Notes under the pieces: generated by a model
Seen by the model: only the letters and a program-made list of their open reading frames with translations
Database searches by the model: none
What the model was told of the DNA's origin: nothing
NCBI GenBank assembly: GCA_964016885.1
Contig: OZ024747.1
Coordinates: 9,796,001 to 9,860,000, forward strand
Direction: 5' to 3'
DNA length: 64,000 nucleotides
Source: Eledone cirrhosa
Taxonomy: Eukaryota
Made by a program: the position numbers and the translations under genes
Shown here: piece after piece, positions 54,573 through 64,000 of the stretch
Layout of the letters: each line of letters starts with the position of its first letter
Position numbering within the stretch: the stretch's first letter is position 1

Positions 54573-54802
54573 ATAGCCATCACCTTAGCAAGGACTCGCG
54601 AGGTCATCAGAGACCAACTGATGCTAGCTATGGGTTAGAGAGTTCATCAGAGACCAAGCCAGCCCTTATCTGAAGCTACTGACCTTTCAGGCTGAGGGCC
54701 CTGTATCACCCTTACATACATTACCACTCTCTAGAGGGCATCACACATTTTATCATGACACCAGCATTGGGGAGACTGTCAAGTCCTTGACACGCTTGAA
54801 GA

Positions 54803-55532
54803 GTAATAATAATAATAATGATTTCTTTATTGGCCACAAGGGCTGACATCAAGAAAAACATTACAGACGGTACAGGACGGTACAGGACGGTACAGGACGG
54901 TACAGGACGGTACAGGACAGTACAGGACAGTACAGGACAGTACAGGACAATACAGAACAGTACAGGACAATACAGGACGGTACAGGACGGTACAGGACAG
55001 TACAGGACAGTACAGGACAGTACAGGACGGTACAGGACGGTACAGGACAGTACAGGACAGCACAGGAGAGTACAGGACGGTACAGGACAATACAGGACGG
55101 TACAGGACAATACAGGACGGTACAGGACGGTACAGGACAGTACAGGACAGTACAGGACGGTACAGGACAGTACAGGACGGTACAGGACAGTACAGGACAG
55201 TACAGGACAATACAGAACAGTACAGGACAGTACAGGACGGTACAGGACAGTACAGGACAGTACAGGACAATACAGAACAGTACAGGACAATACAGGACGG
55301 TACAGGACAGTACAGGACAGTACAGGACAGTACAGGACGGTACAGGACGGTACAGGACAGTACAGGACAGTACGATGTGGGTTTTGTGCTTGTAATGATT
55401 TTTATTATTTATATAAGAAAAGAAAAAGAAAAAGAGATAGAAACATATATATATATATAAACAATAAAAATGAAAATTGAAACAAGGAAAAATTCCCCAA
55501 TAGGGGGGAAACCTCCGAGGGTTACTCGTGGA
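54803..55532 (-). mobile_element. LINE 3' UTR (Tx1-like family) containing a (GTACAGGACR)n 10-bp satellite at 54866-55372
   Basis: Minus-strand tail cccttgtggccaataaagaaa + (ATT)n and ccccctattgggga are shared with 58080-58505 and 60270-60651. Confidence 0.7.
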
Positions 55533-55539
55533 GAATAAT

Positions 55540-55732
55540 AATAATTGTTTCTACTTTAGGCACAAGGCCAGCAATTACCCAATACATTACTGGTACTTTA
55601 TTTTATCGACCCCGTAAGGATGAAAGGCAAAGTTAACCTCGGCAGGATTTGATCTCAGACCATAAAGGGCCGTAACTCTTTGCTGCAAAGCATGGCGTCA
55701 GACCCTCTACCGATACTGCCAATCCACCGCCC
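55540..55732 (-). mobile_element. SINE family B
   Basis: Matches the consensus. Confidence 0.9.
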
Positions 55733-56010
55733 TTATAATAATGATACTAATACTACTACTAATACTACTACTAATGATAATGGTAATACTAATAAAGGTG
55801 AATATGTTACTAATGTCTTGACTTGCCAGTGGGTTAGTGAAAAACATTACTCAACACATTACAATACAATATAAAAAGTTGGAGAGAGTTTGGCAAGAAA
55901 ACAAATAGGGTTTCACAGAAATACTTGTGTATATATACATACATGTCTTTGTGTGCATAAGGTATATAATCGTGTATATATGTGTGTGTGCATATATATA
56001 TATATACATG

Positions 56011-56044
<34 letters not shown>

Positions 56045-56085
56045 CATACATGCGTGTGTGTATATATATATATATACATACATGC

Positions 56086-56126
<41 letters not shown>

Positions 56127-56671
56127 TGTATATATATATATACACATGCATGTATATATATATATATATATATGAAGTGTAGATCATGGCATTAGGCATG
56201 TTGGGTGTGTGTACAGGTGTGTACATCTGTATACAGGTGTGTACAGGTGTGTACAGGTGTGTAGTGGTGTGTAAAGGACAGGTGTGTACATGTGTGTACA
56301 GGTGTGTACAGGTGTGTAGTGGTGTGTACATCTGTATACAGGTGTGTACAGGTGTGTAGTGGTGTGTAAAGGACAGGTGTGAAGCTACCAGCCCTTGTAG
56401 AATGATATTTTTCATGCTGTGATGTCAGCATAATTCTGAGTTTTGATGTCTACAAGTTTTATGTTTGTAAAACATTTCAAATGGTTTTGTCTCCATTTGT
56501 CAACTTGGCAACATGTAACATATGTAATATTCATGTAACATATGCTTTCATATGTTGAAACTGGGACTGAACTAATAAATCTTTATTATATACACCATTA
56601 AATGTTGTGTTACACCTCTATACCAGAGCCTGAACATGTTTAACATTTATATATGGCACCTTATGATGTGT

Positions 56672-57070
56672 GAAGCCACATGGCCTAATGGTTAGGTTGT
56701 TGGACTTAGGATCATAATGTTGTCTTGTCAGTTCCTGGACAAGGTGCTGTCTTCTTAAACAAAACACTTTATTTCATGTTGCTCCAGTACACTCAGCTGT
56801 GAGTGAGTATTAGCAGTATCTGGGGAGTTAATCCTGCAATAGACTGACATCCTATCCAGAGAGAGTCATGTACTCTCAGTTGCTTCAACCCAAGGAAACT
56901 GAAGATAAGCACCAGCCTAAAGAGCCATCAGGATGGTGACAGACTTTAACGCTGCAATGAACTGGTGCCCTGTCCAGGGAGAGTTTTGTACTCTGTCATT
57001 TAACTCTGAAGGAAACTAGGGATACGCACCAGCCTGGTGAGTCTCTGGGTCTAGAACAGACTTTAACTAA
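56672..57070 (+). mobile_element. Older tRNA/CORE-type SINE with a different, partly duplicated 3' body
   Basis: catggcctaatggttagg head, acactttatttcatgttgctccag CORE-like body, then cctgcaatagactgacatcctatccag...ggaaactgaagataagc. Confidence 0.65.
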
Positions 57071-57702
57071 CGAACTAACCTTATAATGAACTGAGACAAA
57101 TTCTTTAAAGTTTGACAAAAATCCAGCAAAGATAAGATTAAAGAATTTTCCTATCAGTTCTAATATTAATTCTTCTCAACACCTTATAGTATTTCTCCTA
57201 ATGGTATTCACACTTCTACAATGTCAGACACCATCCACTTACTTCAAGGCTACCCACATGACCTCCCTCTTTCTCTCCCATGCTGGAAAGTCACCCCTCT
57301 TTTTTGGCAAGCTGTATATAGCCTGCACTCCTTTCATTTTTACACACACACACACATTCTCATCAATGCCTTTCCAGCCTGGTTAAGGACAAACTGAGAA
57401 ACCAAGCACCCAATCCACCTCGTATGATGCTAGTGCTGAAATCACAATAAAATGCTCCTGAGTACGTGCTGTAAAGTGATTGACATTACGAAGGGCTATA
57501 AAAGCTTTTTTTCTTTTTTCTTGTATGTATACTCACACACACACAGGACAAAGAAAATAGAAAAAAAACAGAAAGACAGATAGTCACATCTCCTCAGTCA
57601 ACATCTAGAAATCCCTATGGTTTTGGATTATTTAAGTCGATACCATTCATTCTGGTGCACACTGGAACATAGTAAAACAGGTAAAGTCATATATACATAT
57701 AC

Positions 57703-57868
57703 ATATGAAAAATTTGGGACCCCGAAGGCTGAGCTCCTGCCATTTTGACAGCTAGATCCGAAAGAATCTAGCTGTTCAAATGGCAGAAGCTTATCCATTG
57801 GGGTCCTGAATTTTTCATATTACCTACTCTATTACCCCAAGTATTGAGTACTCTGGTGAGTAATGGTC
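57703..57868 (+). mobile_element. Diverged subfamily of the palindromic half-hammerhead element
   Basis: atatgaaaaatttgggacccc...cagctagat-ccgaaaga-atctagctg...ggggtcctgaatttttcatat plus the family tail. Confidence 0.8.
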
Positions 57869-58079
57869 TTTAGCCATATTACACAAAGGCTTAGTCAAAG
57901 GAGAGAAATAGTAAAACAGAAGGGAATAAGACTGTTGTCCAGTGTGTGGACAAAGAAGGACATTGAGGTATAGAAAAGGTAAGAAGGGAGAATAGACCAA
58001 GTTGTGTGATAGTTTTATAAATATAAATATATAAGATTGTTATGCATCAATTATATCCTTTTCATCTTATTATTATTAT

Positions 58080-58505
58080 TATGTAGACTGGTAAATTTGA
58101 GGAAGAGAGGGTTGCCCTTCCCAGGTACCCTCGAAACGTTGGGCGGTTCAGGATTGGTGGGGTACCTGAATCAACCCTGGGTGGTTATCCACCCACTCCT
58201 ATTGGTGGAATTTTTCATTGTTGTATTTTTCTTATTTATTGTTATTATTTTCTTACTTTTTTACTCGATTTTTATGTAAAACCCCCCACTGTCCCCATCT
58301 ATTATATTGTCCCTATATGTCGGCCCTTGTGGCCAATAAATGAAACTATTATTATTATTATTATTTTTTTTTTTTATTACATCCTCTGTTTTTTTTTTAC
58401 ACGCAGAAATGCCCATTTGTACCGTCCTGTATTGTACTGTACTGTCCTTAATGTCTACTTTATGTAAACCCTTGTGGTTAATAAAGAAAGCATTATTATT
58501 ATTAT
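58080..58505 (+). mobile_element. Two tandem LINE 3' UTR ends (Tx1-like)
   Basis: Each ends cccttgtgg(c/t)(c/t)aataaa...(ATT)n. Confidence 0.6.
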
Positions 58506-58509
58506 ATTT

Positions 58510-58694
58510 ACGGAGGATTGGCAATATCGGTAGAGGGTCGGACGCCATGCTTTGACGCATAGAGTTACGGCCCTTGTCATTCTGAGTTCAAATCCTGCCG
58601 AGGTTAACTTTGCCTTTCATCCTTACGGGGTCGATAAAATAAAGTACCAGTAATACACTGGGTAATTGCTGGCCTTGTGCCTAACGTAGAAACA

Positions 58695-58725
<31 letters not shown>
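58510..58725 (+). mobile_element. SINE family B
   Basis: Matches the consensus, with a long (ATT)n tail. Confidence 0.9.
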
Positions 58726-58727
<2 letters not shown>

Positions 58728-59152
58728 CCTCTTCTTTCTTGTTACTGATGATGTTTTACCTTCTTATTCTTTTCTATCATATCCACACAACTGTTATCTT
58801 GTAAACACGTGTCAGTCATTACAGTCAGCCTCACTGCCTGATACACTCACACACACACACACACACATGTGCACCTCGCACACACACATACACACACAGA
58901 CACACACATACATACACTCATACACACAGACCTGTGCACCTCGCACACAGACACACAGACATGTGCACCTCTCACACAGACACATACACACACACACACA
59001 CACACAGACATGTGCACCTCTCACGCAGACACACACACACACACGTACACAGCTCTTATGGCTGGCCTTCAGTTAGTTTGTCAAAGAAATAGATTTCTAA
59101 GAACTACCTTGAGGTTCTTTTGTTGAATCTGAAACAGATTCTTGTAAAAATT

Positions 59153-60007
59153 TGCTTCTTCTTCTTCTGCTTCTTCTTCTTCTTCTCCTTCTCCTTCTTC
59201 TTCTTCTTCTGCTTCTGCTTCTTCTTCTTCTTCTTCTTCTGCTTCTTCTTCTTCTTCTGCTTCTTCTTCTTCTGCTTCTTCTTCTTCTCCTTCTTCTTCT
59301 TCTCCTTCTCCTTCTTCTCCTTCTCCTTCTTCTCCTTCTGCTTCTGCTTCTTCTTCTTCTTCTTCTTCTTCTGCTTCTTCTTCTTCTTCTGCTTCTTCTT
59401 CTTCTGCTTCTTCTTCTTCTCCTTCTCCTTCTTCTTCTTCTCCTTCTTCTTCTCCTCCTCCTTTTTCTTCTGCTTCTGCTTCTTCTTCTTCTTCTTCTTC
59501 TCCTTCTTCTTCTTCTTCTGCTTCTTCTTCTTCTCCTTCTTCTTCTTCTCCTTCTTCTTCTCCTCCTCCTTCTTCTTCTTCTGCTTCTGCTTCTTCTGCT
59601 TCTTCTTCTTCTTCTTCTTCTTCTTCTGCTTCTTTTTCTTCTCCATCTCCTTCTTCTTCTTCTTCTCCTTCTTCTCCTTCTTCTCCTTCTTCTTCTGCTT
59701 CTTCTTCTTCTTCTCCTTCTTCTCCTTCTTCTCCTTCTTCTTCTTCTTCTTCTGCTTCTTCTTCTCCTCCTCCTTCTCCTTCTTCTTCTGCTTCTACTTC
59801 TGCTTCTTCTTCTTCTCCTTCTTCTTCTCCTCCTCCTTCTTCTTCTTCTTCTTCTTCTTCTTCTGCTTCTTCTTCTTCTCCTTCTTCTTCTGCTTCTTCT
59901 TCTGCTTCTTCTTCTTCTTCTCCTTCTTCTCCTTCTCCTTCTCCTTCTCCTTCTTCTCCTTCTTCTCCTCCTTCTCCTTCTTCTTCTTCTCCTCCTTCTT
60001 CTTCTTT
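59153..60007. repeat. (CTT)n-derived polypyrimidine repeat
   Basis: Direct inspection. Confidence 0.97.
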
Positions 60008-60269
60008 GGAGGGTTTATATTAAAACATGATATATTTCTTTACAATTCCTTGTTAAACCATCACTCCAGCCATTACTATATTTTATTTTACAGATATTTA
60101 AATCAATTTCAATAATTTTCTTTCATATTTTCCGTAATCATTGTAAAACATATATCCACTAAATTATAACTTTGTTTTATCTATCTACCTGTCAGTCTAT
60201 CTATCTATCTATCTACCTGTCAGTCTATCTATCTATCTACCTGTCAGTCTATCTACCTATCTATCAACA

Positions 60270-60651
60270 ACTGATTCTTTCTTTCAAATACCACTTTGGA
60301 AGAAGAATCAGGATGGAGAGAGAGGTGCTGTACCCCAGCAAGATTTATGAAAGGTGGGTGAAAGTGGCGAGAATGGCCCGAGTGAATGGGCCTTCTCTCT
60401 ATATCAGCCTGTAGGTTGAGGAAAAGGAGGAGGAGAGGAAAGGAGTACAAACTCTTCGTACTCCTGGAGATGAGGGTTGCACATTTTTTCGGGGGTGTGT
60501 TACCCATATAAACTGTCTCCCCCTATTGGGGAAAATCGACTAATTTTTTAAATTGCATTTGTGATAACATTTTACACGTTTTTATTGTATGTAAACTTCC
60601 CCTTTTGTATTTGTCCCCTTCTTTTGTGCCCCTGTGGCTAATAAAGAAACA
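60270..60651 (+). mobile_element. 3' end of a Tx1/L1-like LINE ORF2 + UTR, flanked by (TATC)n
   Basis: LILSFKYHFGRRIRMEREVLYPSKIYERWVKVARMARVNG...* followed by a tail ending ccctgtggctaataaagaaa. Confidence 0.6.
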
Positions 60652-61679
60652 TATCTATCTATCTATATGTCTCTCTATCTGTCAGTCTGTCTGTCTATCT
60701 ATGTTAGTTTACTAACTGGGTATTTATTCAATTGCCATATTTAACTGTCAAAGCTCTTTCATCACAATTTGTGACCTTCTCAATAACTTGTTCCTCTGTA
60801 TCTCCTCTCCATTTTAATTTTGTTTTATTTACTCCATCTCATCTTTCTGTGGTATATTCTTAAATATCTGAATATATTTAAAGGGAATTATATAAACACC
60901 CAAAGACCAGAAAACCATTTTGTTACTCCCTTCCCCTCCACCACCACCACCACCCCATCCCATCCCTTCCCTTACATCATCTATTGTTTATTATTCTGGG
61001 TAGATGGCGGATATATATCTGAAACAAGGTGGAGTTCTGTTAACAGATGCAGTGGAGATCAGAGACATGGAAGGGAGATGTGTCATAATCTAGATGGCGT
61101 TGGTGGTGGTGGTGGTGGTGGGGGGGGGGGGGGTCTTTAGCCTGTTTTAGTGTATCAGTTATCATATGTACTCTGGTGTTAAATATTTATTCCCGCTCTC
61201 TCTCACTCTCTATCTATCTATCTCTCTCTTCCTCTCTCCCCCCCCCTCTCTCTCTCTTCACCTTACGTATTAGAGGCAAATAACTTTTTAGTTGATATGT
61301 AAATATATATATTATATATATGAATATATATATGTGTGTGTGTATATATATATATATGTATATATACACTCACACATGGATATATATGTATATGTTCTGA
61401 GTCTAAATCCCGCCGAGGTTATCATTGCCTTTTAACCTTACAGGGGTCAATAAAATAAAGTACCAGCAATTCACTGGGGTCGATTTAATCGACTTTCCCT
61501 TCCCCCAAAGCACCTTAAGTAATTTATGCTCCTTTAAGACTCAACAAATGTTGGTTTGTCCCCCTCACATCTTTAAGGCAAACAAGGCCCATGTATATAT
61601 ATATTTAGTTTATTGGTGTGTAACTTATATATATATGTGTATGCGCAAGTATGTGTGTGTATATATATATATACTTAGG

Positions 61680-62030
61680 TTAATAGGAGTTAGGTATTGT
61701 ATACCCGTGCCCCATTAAGGTATTGGCACCATACTATCGATGCCACCCCATCTATGGTTCAGCTAACCACTCGACTCCCGGGAATGAATATGACCGCAGC
61801 TAGTAAACAAGGACCCACACCCCACCCTCCCGCACCAAAATTAGACTTATCGTCCCCTACTTGTGCTCTTTACTCTCTTTACTCTTTGTTCTTGAATGTT
61901 TGGTTGGTAGAGTCCATAACACCAATCAAACCCCTTTTATAGCTCTGACGAATCCTACGGTTACGTAAGGAAGAAACATTGTAAGCAATAAAAATCTTTT
62001 GATGTTGTAGACGCTCTTGTGTTCTTTATC
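61680..62030 (+). mobile_element. PLE-like 3' end
   Basis: A weak GIY-YIG-like C-terminal peptide (VQLTTRLPGMN), then HHR, AATAAA at 61987 and (TA)n. Confidence 0.55.
61939..61989 (+). ncRNA. Minimal type-I hammerhead ribozyme
   Basis: gct CTGACGA atcctacg-gtta-cgtaaggaa GAAA c-att-GTA agc. Confidence 0.7.
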
Positions 62031-62048
62031 ATATATATATATATATAT

Positions 62049-62742
62049 ACGTGAACGGCAAAGCATAAACGAACTAAGGAAAAAATTAGAGATAAGAGGG
62101 ATCAGATGTTGTTTACTCGAGAGAAGGCTACGTTGGTATGGACACGTGATGCGCATGAAAGTCGATAGCTGTATAACAAAGTGCAGGGCAATAAAGATAG
62201 ACGGTAGTCACGGAATAGGCAGACCTAGAAAAACCTGGGACGAGCTGATAAACTCCGACATCACACACTTACACCTCTCCAAGACAATGTCACTGGACCG
62301 AGACCTTTGGCGGTACTCAGTAACAGAGAAGACCCGCCTTACCTAAATATATAGTAAAACCTACTCCAGCCAGTAGGCATCTCTAACAAAATACACCCCG
62401 TCCCACCCCCACCCCCACCCCATCCACACCATCCCGTTCTATGTAAAGTTATGTTGGTGCCGCGCCATCGAGGCCGAAACAAATGAGATCGTGTAGGTGT
62501 CACGACAAAAAAACACACAGTCCACGCTGTAATGTGGCCGTGTAGGCAACACGGTAAAAACCTCCCAGACCCACACTCTAAATGTGGTTGGTGTTAGGAA
62601 GGGCATCCAACTGTAGAAAACCTGCCAGACAGTCCTATGCGAGCAAGACAATCACTCTTGCCTCAAGTGGGACTACCCCCGTCCAAACCCATGCAAGCGT
62701 GGAACACGGACGTTAAACGTTGATGATGATGATGATGATGAT
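62049..62742 (+). mobile_element. 5'-truncated RTE LINE, second subfamily
   Basis: RERQSINELRKKL...RRLRWYGHVMR...GRPRKTWDE, stop at 62346, then a UTR with the ggaagggcatcc module and (GAT)n. Confidence 0.9.
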
Positions 62743-62770
62743 ATATATGCATGTGCAAGTATATATATAT

Positions 62771-63100
62771 CATTCATTTCACGTCCGCTTTTCCCTGCTT
62801 GCAAGGGTGGGACGGGAACTGATTCTAGCTTGATTTCTACAGCTGGATGCCCTTCCTAACACCAACCTCATTTACAGTGAGTGCTGGGTGCTTTTTTGCC
62901 GTGGCACCTCCACGACCACTTTACAGTGGAATGATAGGGACCCCAGTCCCTATCATCTCATTTCTACAGCTGAGTAAACTGGAGCAATGTGAAATAAAGT
63001 GTCTTGCTCAAGGAAACAACACATCACCCGGTCTGAGAATTGAACTCACAACCTTTCGATTGCAAGCCCAATGCTCTAACCACTAAGCCATGTGCCTCCA
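62771..63100 (-). mobile_element. Family A SINE, full length
   Basis: Near-identical to 8306-8640. Confidence 0.9.
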
Positions 63101-63500
63101 TATATATACTTGCACCTGCTCACACACATACACATATATAGATACACACATACACACACACACTCACAATCACATCATATATATATAAATAGTCACACAC
63201 ATACGTATATCTAATGCTAGCTACTGTTAAGTACAGTAAACAGGCCAGTCTGAAGTAGAGAGTTGTGTAGGTGGTGCTGTTAAGAAAGGTTAGGAGATGG
63301 AAATAGAAGAAGAAAGTGATGGGCCCAGGGAGGGAATAGTAAGAGTGTAAGGGAGAGAAGTTGGTGGGTGGTAAAGAAATAAAATAATGGAGCATGATTC
63401 AGTGATTTATATAAAGTGTCAACAACTTAGGGTGTGGTTCACAGTGAGAAGGAATTGGACAGTTCCAGAGAAACGTCTCATAGAATCTGTAGAGTAGCAT

Positions 63501-64000
63501 TGGTGGTGGTGGTGTTGTGGTGTGGTATTGGTGTTGGTGTTGTGGTAGTGGTGTTGTTGTTGTGGTAGTGGTGTTGTTGTTGTGGTAGTGGTGTTGTGGT
63601 AGTGGTAGTGGTGTTGTGGTAGTGGTGTTGTTGTGGTGGTGGTGGTGGTGGTGGGGTTGTGGTCTGGTATTGGTGTTGTGGTAGTGGTATTGTTGTTGTG
63701 GTAGTGGTGTTGTTGTTGTGGTATTGGTGTTGTGGTAGTGGTATTGTTGTTGTGGTAGTGGTGTTGTTGTTGTGGTAGTGGTGTTGTGGTAGTGGTGTTG
63801 TTGTGGTGGCGGTGGTGGTGGTGGGGTTGTGGTCTGGTATTGGTGTTGTGGTAGTGGTATTGTTGTTGTGGTAGTGGTGTTGTTGTTGTGGTATTGGTGT
63901 TGTGGTAGTGGTATTGTTGTTGTGGTATTGGTGTTGTTGTGGTGGCGGTGGTGGTGGTGGGGTTGTGGTCTGGTATTGGTGTTGTGGTAGTGGTATTGTT
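63501..64000. repeat. (GGT/GTT)n-derived repeat with higher-order duplications
   Basis: Direct inspection. Runs off the end of the window. Confidence 0.93.

Larger units (their letters stand above)
53447..54763. repeat. Diverged ~130-bp inverted repeat pair (53447-53575 / 54629-54763)
   Basis: ggtgtcatgataaaatgtgtgatgccct...ctctctaacccata and its reverse complement. Confidence 0.85.

Noticed and set aside
54721-55480. Cys-rich (SCTVLYCPVL)n ORFs
   Set aside because: A 10-bp satellite inside a LINE UTR.
59104-60115. Poly-K/F/L ORFs
   Set aside because: (CTT)n microsatellite.

Overview
Repeat-dominated, AT-rich eukaryotic (animal) DNA. The SINE families, the (TA)n/(CAT)n/(CTT)n microsatellites and the TTAA-CCCTTT MITE look like an octopus/cephalopod genome (inference). 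Almost all ORF-track entries are translations of microsatellites, and no host gene can be called with confidence. Recognisable content: 5'-truncated non-LTR retrotransposons of five clades (RTE, CR1, CRE, R4/Dong, Tx1-like), Penelope-like element (PLE) ends including a GIY-YIG C-terminus, two tRNA-derived SINE families, a non-autonomous Helitron, piggyBac-, Tc1/mariner- and pogo-type MITEs, and about a dozen minisatellites. The most striking signal is a dense set of minimal type-I hammerhead ribozyme (HHR) motifs (CTGANGA...GAAA...NTH) at PLE-like ends next to (TA)n tracts. One carries a compensatory U3-A8 core and one sits in a perfect 251-bp palindrome. There is also a recurring ~200-bp palindromic element built from two back-to-back HHR 3' halves that share a stem II and lack the CUGANGA strand. 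Coordinates were read by eye and may be off by a few bases.
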